A stretch of DNA of 64,000 bases from an uncultured Bacilli bacterium (lineage in GTDB: Bacteria > Bacillota_I > Bacilli_A > RF39 > UBA660): NCBI GenBank assembly GCA_910585915.1, contig CAJUGF010000001.1, positions 4,622 through 68,621 of the forward strand. Direction: 5' to 3'. Both the position numbers and the translations under genes were made by a program. The stretch's first letter is position 1. Each line of letters opens with the position of its first letter. Positions 47,021 through 56,462 of this stretch are shown piece by piece. Under the pieces are notes generated by a model. It did not search any database and had not been told where the DNA came from. It saw only the letters and a program-made list of their open reading frames with translations.

Positions 47021-49252
47021 ATGAATAAACGTAAAGGAACTATTATTGCAATTTTATTGATTCTTTTTTTAGGAACAGGATCATTTGTTTTCGCTAATCC
47101 TAGTGAGAAAGAACTTGATAAAGGAAATAGCAATAATAGAAATACTACCAATAGTAATAGTGAAAAGAAGGAAAATAAAAAGGAAAGTGGTATCACTATA
47201 GATAATGATTCTGAAATTAACGATGATGATCAAGATGATAGTGATAGTATGGGCGTTTTAGCTCCTGTTCTTGAAACAACTACTTATCAGGGAAATCGTA
47301 ATCATTATGGTAGTGGTAATATAACTTCTTCAAATAATGTTGTTGATTCTAATAAACCAGGAAATGATAATACGGTTTCAACTGATCATAATTATGACAA
47401 TGCGTATAAAGCAGTTGATGAAGCTAATGCTTCTATGACAGAAGAAAATTATCAAAAAGCTTTAGAAATTGTCAATCAATTGCCTGATGGCCCAAAGAAA
47501 GATGAATTGTTAGAACAATTGGATGTTATACATAAACTAATTCAAATTTCTTCTATGTTAAATGAATTAAAAGTTATGGTTCAAAGTGCTTCAGGAAAGA
47601 GTGACATCCAAAAAGCTCAAGAGTTTTTGGAGAAGAATGATTTAGAGAAAAAGATTCAATCTCTACCAAATAGTGAAAAAAAGCAAGCATTTATGAATGA
47701 ATTAAATCAAATTTTGAATATTTTAAATGATAACGATGCGCCATCTGTTACAGGTATTCGTAATGGTGAAGTGATTAATCATAATTTGAATGTTAAAGTT
47801 ACAGATAATCTTGAAACAAGTATTCTTTTAAATGATCAAGAGATGTCTTTAGAAGAATTAAATGGTGATTTAGCTGAGGGTGAATATGATCTTGTTGTTA
47901 TTGATCAATCATTTAATGAAACTAATCTTCATTTTATTGTAGATAAAACGGCACCTGTTATTTCTGGTATTTTAAATCAAGCGCTTTATAATGCATCAGA
48001 TATTGTTAAAATTCAAGTAGAGGATGCTCATGGATTTGTTTATCATTTTGAGAGAAATGGTAAAGCAGAGGAATATACTTTAGGGCAGAGTATTTTAGAA
48101 GATGGAGAGTATTCTTTCTATGCTTATGATGAGGCTGGTAATGTTAGTGAACTTTATGGTTTTACAATCGATAGAGTAGCACCAACAGCATCTGTTTCTT
48201 ATAATATTACAGATCGCACTAATCAGGATGTAATCGGAACTCTTATTAATCCTTCTGAGGAAATAACTGTATTAAATAATGGTGGAAGTTTATCTTATAC
48301 TTTTGCAGAAAATGGTGAATTTGTATTTGAGATTTCTGATAAAGCTGGAAATAAAACTGAAATAGTTGCCAATGTTAAAAATATTGATAAAGATGCACCA
48401 CTTGTTAAAGATTTTGGTATTTTGAATTATAGTCGAGTTGGTACTAATCAAAAACTATCAGTTGCTTCTTATAAAGATGTAATTTGGGCTTATACTGTAT
48501 TTGAAGAAAAATTAGGTACAGCTCCAACAATGAAATTTTATGATCAAGAGGTAAATAGCCAATTTAGTGAGGAATATTCTACTGATGGTAAATATGTTTA
48601 TATTGCTTCTTATGAAGTTCCTTTGGATGTAGAAGAAGGAGAAGTGTTGATTGCAGTTTCTAATTATGCAGATGATCTTGGTAATGTTGGAAGTGTGCTT
48701 TCTAATCAAAGTATCATTTCTTCAGAATATGCTTCTGTTTATGTTTTGAATACTCCTGGATTTATATTCCAAAATAAAGGATATTTTAATCAAAAAGAGA
48801 TCCTTATCAAAGATCCTGATTATGATTATATGATGGTACGTAGTATTACTCCACCTATGATGAAAAAGGTAGAGGAAAATCATTTTACTATTCCTGATGG
48901 AGCATCTGTGTTTATGTTTATTGTATATTACAAAGATGGCTCTTCTGTACCATTTACTATGACATATGATGGTTTCTCTCCTCAAATTAATGGTACAGGT
49001 GTACAAGAAAATGATACACTTAATATTACCGATGGTGGAAGTTATCAAGAGGTTAATTTATCTGTTTATGATCAATATTTAGATCACGTTATCGTATCAA
49101 AAACGGTAAATGGTGTAACAACAGAAGATAAATTTGAGTTTACTGATTTATATGCAACCAAGGATTTACATTATGATGAAAGTGGAGATTATAATATTGT
49201 TGCTTATGATCGAGCTGGTAATGAAACAAGTATTCAATTTACAATTCAATGA
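47021..49252 (+). CDS. Large secreted adhesin-like protein with Asn/Ser/Asp-rich linker and three Big_5-like Ig domains (DxAGN motifs)
   Basis: Signal peptide ending FVFA-NPSE; low-complexity N-region. Repeated modules end in YAYDEAGNVSE ... DRVAP, ISDKAGNKTE ... DKDAP and VAYDRAGNETS, the conserved motif of bacterial Ig-like Big_5-type domains. Confidence 0.65.
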   Translation: MNKRKGTIIAILLILFLGTGSFVFANPSEKELDKGNSNNRNTTNSNSEKKENKKESGITIDNDSEINDDDQDDSDSMGVLAPVLETTTYQGNRNHYGSGNITSSNNVVDSNKPGNDNTVSTDHNYDNAYKAVDEANASMTEENYQKALEIVNQLPDGPKKDELLEQLDVIHKLIQISSMLNELKVMVQSASGKSDIQKAQEFLEKNDLEKKIQSLPNSEKKQAFMNELNQILNILNDNDAPSVTGIRNGEVINHNLNVKVTDNLETSILLNDQEMSLEELNGDLAEGEYDLVVIDQSFNETNLHFIVDKTAPVISGILNQALYNASDIVKIQVEDAHGFVYHFERNGKAEEYTLGQSILEDGEYSFYAYDEAGNVSELYGFTIDRVAPTASVSYNITDRTNQDVIGTLINPSEEITVLNNGGSLSYTFAENGEFVFEISDKAGNKTEIVANVKNIDKDAPLVKDFGILNYSRVGTNQKLSVASYKDVIWAYTVFEEKLGTAPTMKFYDQEVNSQFSEEYSTDGKYVYIASYEVPLDVEEGEVLIAVSNYADDLGNVGSVLSNQSIISSEYASVYVLNTPGFIFQNKGYFNQKEILIKDPDYDYMMVRSITPPMMKKVEENHFTIPDGASVFMFIVYYKDGSSVPFTMTYDGFSPQINGTGVQENDTLNITDGGSYQEVNLSVYDQYLDHVIVSKTVNGVTTEDKFEFTDLYATKDLHYDESGDYNIVAYDRAGNETSIQFTIQ

Positions 49253-49263
49253 GGTAATTAACT

Positions 49264-49659
49264 ATGGCTTATATGAAGTTTAAAGAGCTGACAAAATATT
49301 TTGATTTTAAGGAGGAGATAACAAAACTTGATTTGTTACCTCCTTATACAAAAGAGTACGTAAATGACAAGGAACATGTTTTTTTGGCTTATAAAAATAG
49401 TAAAGATTATATTGTTTTTACTGATAAAAAATTGATTTTATTCGATCGTGATCCATTAGCAATGTATTATAAAAAGGTCCATATTGTTCCTTATAAATCT
49501 ATATCTACTAGTGCAATTAATTTTTTGCCTGGTAAAGTAGAACTTTTATTTAGTTTGGATAGTGGTTATCAATTGCATCTTAATTTTGTTTCAATGAATC
49601 ATGAAAAGAAGGAAAATCTAAAACAAATTTATAATGTGATGATGAATTATAATTTGTAA
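49264..49659 (+). CDS. Small hypothetical protein (possible bacterial PH-like domain)
   Basis: 131 aa, no TM. The KKLILFDRD ... VPYKSIS pattern is compatible with bPH-type beta-sandwiches. Tentative. Confidence 0.3.
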   Translation: MAYMKFKELTKYFDFKEEITKLDLLPPYTKEYVNDKEHVFLAYKNSKDYIVFTDKKLILFDRDPLAMYYKKVHIVPYKSISTSAINFLPGKVELLFSLDSGYQLHLNFVSMNHEKKENLKQIYNVMMNYNL

Positions 49660-49686
49660 AGAAGCAAAAATTGCTTCTTTTTTTTA
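49660..49686 (+). terminator. Intrinsic terminator
   Basis: GAAGCAA-aaatt-TTGCTTC hairpin plus a T9 run. Confidence 0.65.
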
Positions 49687-49766
49687 CAGTTTTTTAATTA
49701 TTACTGGATATTTTTGTATCAGTGTGATATATTCATTTTAGGATAGAGATGGATCAAGGTGAGATT

Positions 49767-51389
49767 ATGAATAAGAAGAAGGTATGGTTATTTTCTGGAA
49801 TTATAGGGATATTATTATTATCAATGGGAATTAGTTTTGCATTATGGTTTCAAGTTTTTGAACAACAGGATACCAATGTTGTTCAATCTGCATGTTTTAA
49901 AGTAGAATTTACAGAAGGAAATGGAATTTCTTTAAGTAATGAGTTTCCAGTTTCTGATTCAGAAGGTTTACTTAAGACTCCTTATACTTTTTCTATAAAG
50001 AATATTTGTGATGATAGTGCAAGTTATCAAATTAATTTAGAATCGTTGATTCCTGAAGGAACGAGATTACCAGATCAATATTTAAAAGTTAATTTACAAG
50101 AAAATAATATATCAAGGGTAACAACAAAATTAGACAAGGAAGTTAATGTAGAAATGGAAACCGCAGTAACTATTAGTGGTGCTACTGATGCTTATAAATT
50201 ATATACAGGAATTTTAAATCCAAACGAAACCATAGAATTTAGTTTGAGATTATGGATGGATCATACGGTTACACAGCATGATGAAAATAGTATGAATGCT
50301 AATTTTTCAGCAAAGATTAATGTAATTACTGGATATTATCAGGATAGACGTGGTACTATGATGGCTGTTGTTTATAATCAACCTGTTGCTTATTTTTCAT
50401 ATCGAGAAGATATTACTAAAGTTATTATAGAAGATGTAATGGAACCAAAAGAAACTGAATTATTTTGGGATGTATCTGAGAATCAAGATGGTAGTGTTAT
50501 GAGTTATTTAATACCAAATGATGATAGTACAACTTACACTTTGTATTTGCAATCGGATGGTGGTATTAAGGCTAATCCTAAATCATCCCATTTGTTTTAT
50601 CGTTTTTCTAAGTTAGAGACTATTGAGGGATTGGAGCATTTAGATACTAGTAATGTTACAAGGATGAATGCTATGTTTTATGAGTGCTATAATCTACAAG
50701 AACTTGATTTAAAAACTTTTGATACTAGTAAAGTTATCGATATGTCTTTACTTTTTGCTGATTGTCAAAAGTTAACAAAGCTAGAAGTGGGATATTTAGA
50801 TACTAGTAATGTTACTAGTATGAAATCAATGTTTTATGGTTGCAGAGTTTTAACCAGTTTAGATTTAAGTCATTTTGATACCAGTAAGGTAACTGATATG
50901 CTTGGAATGTTTTCATATTGTTCTAAATTAAAATCTCTTGATTTAAGTCATTTTGATACAAGTAATGTTACTAGTATGGAATCAATGTTTTATTCTTGTG
51001 TCGAGTTAGTATCTTTAACTTTTGGAGATTCCTTTTTCACTAACAATGTTTTGAATATGAGTAAAATGTTTTATAGCTGTTCTAGTATTACTGATTTAAA
51101 CTTATCTGGTTTTGACACAAGTAAAGTTACTACTATGGGGGGAATGTTTGTATATTGTATTTCATTAGAGAAATTAGATTTAAGTTCTTTTAATACACAA
51201 AATGTTTCAAGTTATAATTCATATCATTTAGATTCAAATTATGGAATGTTTTATGGATGTTCTAAATTATCTAATATTATTTATGGAGATAATTTTGTTT
51301 ATAAGGAAGGTGCTCATGTTGATTCTATGTTTGATCGATGCCCTGCTAATCATCCATCACATGAATCATGGAATGGAGTGTCTTTCTAG
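49767..51389 (+). CDS. Surface protein: paralog-family N-domain A fused to BspA-type leucine-rich repeats
   Basis: N-terminus closely parallels the 64..1548 protein (CFK.EF..G.GI.L ... YQINLE.L ... YLKVNL). The C-terminal half has about 8 repeats of the LD(L/T)S.FDTSNVT.M..MFY.C pattern, the BspA/LRR_5 signature. Confidence 0.75.
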   Translation: MNKKKVWLFSGIIGILLLSMGISFALWFQVFEQQDTNVVQSACFKVEFTEGNGISLSNEFPVSDSEGLLKTPYTFSIKNICDDSASYQINLESLIPEGTRLPDQYLKVNLQENNISRVTTKLDKEVNVEMETAVTISGATDAYKLYTGILNPNETIEFSLRLWMDHTVTQHDENSMNANFSAKINVITGYYQDRRGTMMAVVYNQPVAYFSYREDITKVIIEDVMEPKETELFWDVSENQDGSVMSYLIPNDDSTTYTLYLQSDGGIKANPKSSHLFYRFSKLETIEGLEHLDTSNVTRMNAMFYECYNLQELDLKTFDTSKVIDMSLLFADCQKLTKLEVGYLDTSNVTSMKSMFYGCRVLTSLDLSHFDTSKVTDMLGMFSYCSKLKSLDLSHFDTSNVTSMESMFYSCVELVSLTFGDSFFTNNVLNMSKMFYSCSSITDLNLSGFDTSKVTTMGGMFVYCISLEKLDLSSFNTQNVSSYNSYHLDSNYGMFYGCSKLSNIIYGDNFVYKEGAHVDSMFDRCPANHPSHESWNGVSF

Positions 51390-51467
51390 TAAAGAGTAAA
51401 TATATTTTTATATTTGCTTTTTTTTAATGAAATTTCATTTTTTTCATATACTTTAGTGGTGAAGAAT

Positions 51468-51710
51468 ATGCAATTGATTAATCGAGTGCGCAATTTTTTA
51501 GTTGATCAAAATTATTATATTGATATTTATGAAAATAAAGTTCATATTTTTCATTATGTTGATATTATTAAATTACAGGATGAAGAGATTGTGCTACAAA
51601 TGGATGGCTTTCAAATTGTTTTAACAGGAGCAAATTTTCGGGTGGGGCGTTTAGAAAATCGTGAAATTTTAATTTCTGGTATTATAGAAAATTTGAAATT
51701 TGTGAGATGA
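51468..51710 (+). CDS. yqfC: YqfC/YabP-family sporulation protein
   Basis: About 80 aa. QDEEIVLQMDGFQIVLTGANFRVGRLENREILISGIIENLKF matches the YabP/YqfC beta-barrel family; followed by yqfD. Confidence 0.7.
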   Translation: MQLINRVRNFLVDQNYYIDIYENKVHIFHYVDIIKLQDEEIVLQMDGFQIVLTGANFRVGRLENREILISGIIENLKFVR

Positions 51711-52849
51711 AACATTATATTTGGATGGAAGTAAAAACAACGAATGAAAGTCGTTTGTTAGTAAAACTATTTAAAGCTGGCATTAATGTGTATGGTATTA
51801 CTTATGGAAATGGTGTTATTCGGTTTCAAATATGTGTAGAGGATCGAAAGTTATTAAAAAAAATTCCGGGATATGCGTTTCACAAAGTTCGAGATAGTGG
51901 TTTGTTTGCATTACTTGCTTATTTTAAAAAAAGAATTTTAGTATTATTGGGGATTATTTTGTTTGTTCTTTTTCTTTTTTTGGTTTCTCATGTGATGGTA
52001 TCTGTTCAAGTCATTCATTCTAATAAAGAAATTCGAGATTTGGTAACAAAATCTTTAGAGGATTATGGTATTCATCGACTTACATGGAAGAAAAATTTTC
52101 AGGAAATTGAAAATATTAAACAGCAAATTTTAAATGATTATCCTAATCAATTAGAATGGTTGGAAATAGAAGTAAGTGGGATGAAGTATATTGTCAGGAT
52201 TGAAGAACGTATTATTACGAATCCAGATGAAAAGAAGAAGCAATGTCATTTGATTGCAACAAAGTCTGCTATTGTTAAAAAAATGTTGTTTTCAAGTGGG
52301 GAAGCTAAGGTTTTAGTGAATGACTTTGTAAAAGATGGAGACATTTTAATTAGTGGAGAGCTAATTCATAATGAAGAGGTGAAAGGATTTGTTTGTGCAA
52401 CGGGGGATGTTTATGGGGAAGTTTGGTATACAGTGAAGGTAAGTTTACCACTTATTTATGAGGAAACAGAAGAAACTGGTAAAGTACGATGGAACTTTGG
52501 ATGGTCTAAAGGAGATCTTGATCATATTGTTTTTCGACCACGAGTTCAAAGTTATATAACCGAGAAAAAGCCATTGTTTACTCTTTTTGGAATTCAGTTT
52601 TCCTTTTTGAAGCAAAAGGAGGTTACCATTACACAGAAGACTTATACTGAAGAAGAAGCCATTAATAAAGCCCTTTTACTTGTTGATGAGAAAATGAAAC
52701 AGCAAATTGATCAAAATGATGAAATAACTACAAAAAAAGTTTTGAAAAAACAGCTGAATGATAGTACAATGGATATAGAAGTTTTTGTGTCTGTTGTTGA
52801 AAAAATTAGTAGACAGGAAGAATTTCAAGAGATCAAAGAAGAGGGTTAA
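51707..52849 (+). CDS. yqfD: Sporulation protein YqfD-like (stage IV sporulation family)
   Basis: About 380 aa with a single central TM; conserved pairing with yqfC upstream of ybeY/era, as in Bacillus. Confidence 0.65.
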   Translation: MKHYIWMEVKTTNESRLLVKLFKAGINVYGITYGNGVIRFQICVEDRKLLKKIPGYAFHKVRDSGLFALLAYFKKRILVLLGIILFVLFLFLVSHVMVSVQVIHSNKEIRDLVTKSLEDYGIHRLTWKKNFQEIENIKQQILNDYPNQLEWLEIEVSGMKYIVRIEERIITNPDEKKKQCHLIATKSAIVKKMLFSSGEAKVLVNDFVKDGDILISGELIHNEEVKGFVCATGDVYGEVWYTVKVSLPLIYEETEETGKVRWNFGWSKGDLDHIVFRPRVQSYITEKKPLFTLFGIQFSFLKQKEVTITQKTYTEEEAINKALLLVDEKMKQQIDQNDEITTKKVLKKQLNDSTMDIEVFVSVVEKISRQEEFQEIKEEG

Positions 52850-52852
52850 ATT

Positions 52853-53470
52853 ATGATACTAAATTTACTAACGAATGCAATTGCTAAGGTATGGCCGATG
52901 ATGACTATTTTTTTAGTAGTGTTGATTGCTATTCGTATTTCTTATATTCGTATTAATCATGAACGTTTTTGTTTTTATCGAGAGTTTTGGAATTTAATTT
53001 TTGTGGTTTATGCTATGATTTTATTCCAGCTTTTAACTGACTCTGAGATTAATACTAGTGGAGGATTAAATTTAGTTCCTTTTACTGAAATGTTTCGTTA
53101 TAAATTTGGTAGCACTTTGTTTTATTCTAATGTGGTAGGAAACATTTTGATTTTTTTGCCTTTTGGTTATTTTGTATCTGGCTATGTAAAGGCTACTAAA
53201 ATTAGTCATATATTGTTTTTGAGTGCAATTAGTAGTTTGACAGTTGAATTGGTACAATTACAAATTGGAAGAAGTTTTGACATTGATGATATCATATTAA
53301 ACGTAGTAGGGGCTATTCTTGGTTTTTTACTTTATGTTGCTTTGAATGCAATCAAGAAGCATATGCCTAAAATTCTTCAGAGTGATCTTTTTTATAATAT
53401 TATTTGTATTGTTTTATGTGTTATTTTTGTATTATATTTTATAAAGATTATTGGACTTGGGTGGTTATGA
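52853..53470 (+). CDS. VanZ-like family membrane protein
   Basis: Polytopic; C-terminal GRSFDIDDIILNVVGAILGF is the VanZ-like signature. Confidence 0.65.
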   Translation: MILNLLTNAIAKVWPMMTIFLVVLIAIRISYIRINHERFCFYREFWNLIFVVYAMILFQLLTDSEINTSGGLNLVPFTEMFRYKFGSTLFYSNVVGNILIFLPFGYFVSGYVKATKISHILFLSAISSLTVELVQLQIGRSFDIDDIILNVVGAILGFLLYVALNAIKKHMPKILQSDLFYNIICIVLCVIFVLYFIKIIGLGWL

Positions 53471-53910
53471 TGAAAAATGTTATCATTAATGATAGTTATG
53501 GTTATGAAGATTATGATTATTTAAATGAAGTATTAGAAGAAACTTTAAAGCATGAAGGGGCTACTGGGTCTATTCTATCCATTGTTTTTGTTGATGAAGA
53601 GGAGATACAAGATCTTAATCGTGAGTATCGTGGACGAGATGCAGTTACTGATGTTATTAGTTTTGCTTTTGAAGATAATGAGAATCACTTGCCAAATGAT
53701 GTACGTGTTTTAGGAGATATTTATATTTGTATTCCAAGAATGAAAGAACAGGCGAAGGAGTATGGCCATAGTGAAAAGCGGGAGTTATCTTTTTTAGTAG
53801 TGCATGGAATGCTTCATTTACTTGGATATGATCATATGGATGCTTTAGAAGAAAAAAGGATGTTTGCTTTGCAAGATGAAATTTTAGAAAGTCTTGACAT
53901 TCTTCGGTAG
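53467..53910 (+). CDS. ybeY: Endoribonuclease YbeY (rRNA maturation factor)
   Basis: HGMLHLLGYDH zinc-binding motif; about 148 aa; precedes era. Confidence 0.9.
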   Translation: MMKNVIINDSYGYEDYDYLNEVLEETLKHEGATGSILSIVFVDEEEIQDLNREYRGRDAVTDVISFAFEDNENHLPNDVRVLGDIYICIPRMKEQAKEYGHSEKRELSFLVVHGMLHLLGYDHMDALEEKRMFALQDEILESLDILR

Positions 53911-53929
53911 TTTGTAGTAGGAGGGTTTT

Positions 53930-54817
53930 ATGAAAAGTGGTTTTGTAAGTTTAATTGGTCGCCCTAATGTTGGAAAAAGTACACTTTTAAATACATTAAT
54001 TAATGAAAAGATTGCGATTACTTCTAATAAAGCACAAACAACAAGAAATATTATTCAAGGGATTTATAATGAGCCAGGATATCAGATTGTTTTCATGGAT
54101 ACTCCAGGTATTCATAAACCACAAGGAAAACTTGGAAAAATTTTGAATAAAGAGTCTTATTCTTTGACGAAAGATGTTGATGTGGTGCTTTTTGTGATTG
54201 ATGCTTCTACAGGGATTGGTCCTGGGGATAAGTTTATTATGGAAAGTTTAAAAACTAGCAAAGTTCCTGTTATTTTGGTAATGAATAAGATTGATAAAAT
54301 TTCTGATGAACAATTGATTTTGATGATTAATGAGTACAAAGACTATTTTAATTTTTCTGATATTGTACCAATTAGTGCGATTAAAAATGATAATGTAGAT
54401 CGTTTGGTCAATGTAATTAAAAAGTATTTAAAAGATGATGTCATGTATTTTGATGAAAAGACAAAAACGAGTAATAGTATTTATTTTATGGTTAGTGAAC
54501 TGGTTCGAGAGAAGCTTTTGCATGTTACGATTGAAGAAGTTCCTCATAGTTTGACTTGTATTACTACAAATTATGAAGAGGAAAAAGATTTGGTACGTAT
54601 TGCGGTTGATATTATTGTGGATCGTGATTCGATTAAGAAAATTGTTATTGGTCGTCATGGAGAACGTTTAAAAAAAGTAGGTACTCTTGCACGAAAAGAA
54701 ATGGAAGCGATGGTTCATAAAAAAGTGTATTTGGAGCTTTATGTAAAGACGGTTAAGAATTGGCGAGAAAAGGAAAAATATTTAAAGGAATTGGGTTTTC
54801 AAGATTTTGAAGCATAA
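53930..54817 (+). CDS. era: GTPase Era
   Basis: G1 GRPNVGKST, G3 DTPG, G4 NKID, and the C-terminal KH domain. Confidence 0.93.
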   Translation: MKSGFVSLIGRPNVGKSTLLNTLINEKIAITSNKAQTTRNIIQGIYNEPGYQIVFMDTPGIHKPQGKLGKILNKESYSLTKDVDVVLFVIDASTGIGPGDKFIMESLKTSKVPVILVMNKIDKISDEQLILMINEYKDYFNFSDIVPISAIKNDNVDRLVNVIKKYLKDDVMYFDEKTKTSNSIYFMVSELVREKLLHVTIEEVPHSLTCITTNYEEEKDLVRIAVDIIVDRDSIKKIVIGRHGERLKKVGTLARKEMEAMVHKKVYLELYVKTVKNWREKEKYLKELGFQDFEA

Positions 54818-54972
54818 AATATAAAACTTATGAATAGAATTCTATCATGGGAAGCATAATAATATTAGAAAAGGTGATAGAATGAATGCAAAAGAATTGT
54901 GGAATATGTTTCGAAAAACGGGGAAAATTGAATATTATTTAGCATATAAAAAAGCAGAAAAGAAGTGAGAGA

Positions 54973-55704
54973 ATGATTACAAAGGTGGAAGGTTTTATCC
55001 TAAGTGAAGTAAGTTATGGAGAAACTTCTAAGGTAATCAATATCTTAACAAAAGAATATGGCCTGGTAGGCGTCATGTGTAAGGGTGCGAAAAGTATGAA
55101 AAGTAAATTACGTGCTCTTACGATGCGTTTTACTTATGGCTTTTTTTATCTTTATAAAAAAGAAGGAAAACTATCTTTACTAAAAGATGTTGATATAATT
55201 GATTCTTTTGATCATCTTCATACTGATATTTTTCTAATTGGATATCTAAATTACTTATCAGAACTTACAGGACAAGTTTATAAAGAAAGCCATGATTTGT
55301 CACTGTTTTCTCTTTTTTTGGAAACTATTCGAAAAATTGATTCAGGATTAGATCCAATGGTACTTACTAATATTTTAGAAGTAAAGTATTTGGATTATTT
55401 GGGTGTAGGTCTTAATTTAGATGGTTGTAATAAGTGTGGCAGAACGAATGGGATTGTGACAATTGATCCTGATATTGGTGGGTATTTATGTGATCATTGT
55501 TTAAAGGATGAAAGGGTTGTTTCATTAAAGACAGTTAAGATGTTACGCATGTATTATTATGTGGATATTAAAAGTATTACTGAACTTAAAATTAGTGATG
55601 AAGTGAAACAGGACATTAATCTTTTTTTGAATCGTTATTATGACCGATATACAGGAATTTATTTAAAAAGTAAGGATTTTTTGTTTAAATTAAAAAATTT
55701 ATGA
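54973..55704 (+). CDS. recO: DNA repair protein RecO
   Basis: N-terminal OB fold (GFILSEVSYGETSKVINILTKEYGLV) and C-terminal zinc finger CNKCG ... CDHC. Confidence 0.85.
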   Translation: MITKVEGFILSEVSYGETSKVINILTKEYGLVGVMCKGAKSMKSKLRALTMRFTYGFFYLYKKEGKLSLLKDVDIIDSFDHLHTDIFLIGYLNYLSELTGQVYKESHDLSLFSLFLETIRKIDSGLDPMVLTNILEVKYLDYLGVGLNLDGCNKCGRTNGIVTIDPDIGGYLCDHCLKDERVVSLKTVKMLRMYYYVDIKSITELKISDEVKQDINLFLNRYYDRYTGIYLKSKDFLFKLKNL

Positions 55705-55753
55705 TTCCCTTTTTCAAAAAAGTATGGTACTATCTTGTTTACGGGTGATTTTT

Positions 55754-56443
55754 ATGACATTGAATGATTTTAAGCAAGAAGCAATATTAGAGGTAAAAAA
55801 ACAAGCTTTAAACCATGTTTTTTATGCAGAGGATATTAAAAATAACTTTTCTAATGTACGAAAGTTTGAAGAAAAATATCAAATATCATTGTTAGAAGCT
55901 GAACAAGTTTTAGAATATTGGAATCAATTAGTGAGAGAACAAAAGTATTCTTCAATGGTGGCTTTGAATGCAAAAGAATATCTTAATTTAATAACAGAAG
56001 AGCAAGGAAGAAATTTTTTGATGAATGCTTTAAGAATAATGGTTCCTATTTCTGGGAATGAAGATTTTTGGATTGCGCGATTGTATCAATGTAATGGTTT
56101 ATTTGAAATTATCAAGGCAATGATAGAACCAAGTATGGTAGCATCTGAAAAAGCTTATCAATTTATTACGTCTCATTTTTCTTTTACATCTCAAGTAATG
56201 GATCAAATGGATGAATCCATTAGCCCATTATTGTTAAATGAAGAGTTTTTAAAGTATTGTAGTTATTTGTTAAAAAGTAATTCTCCTTTGTTACAAGAGG
56301 ATGGTTTTGTAAGGCAACTGTTGCTTTTAATGCGTGTAAACGGAATGCATGAGGGATATTGTTATAATGATTTATCATCTTTAAAAGCTAATTTCTTTCA
56401 TATGAATCGAAATTTAGCAAGAAGAATTACTGATAATTTTTAG
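55754..56443 (+). CDS. Hypothetical protein, tandem paralog A
   Basis: Shares motifs with the next gene (QEAILEVKKQALNHVFYAEDIKNNF vs NQAIDAVGQQALHHIFYAKNFRENL; EEFLKYCSYLLKSNSPLLQEDGF vs DQFLSYCNYLINHRSALMLENEY). Confidence 0.45.
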   Translation: MTLNDFKQEAILEVKKQALNHVFYAEDIKNNFSNVRKFEEKYQISLLEAEQVLEYWNQLVREQKYSSMVALNAKEYLNLITEEQGRNFLMNALRIMVPISGNEDFWIARLYQCNGLFEIIKAMIEPSMVASEKAYQFITSHFSFTSQVMDQMDESISPLLLNEEFLKYCSYLLKSNSPLLQEDGFVRQLLLLMRVNGMHEGYCYNDLSSLKANFFHMNRNLARRITDNF

Positions 56444-56462
56444 AATAATTAGGAGGTAGATT

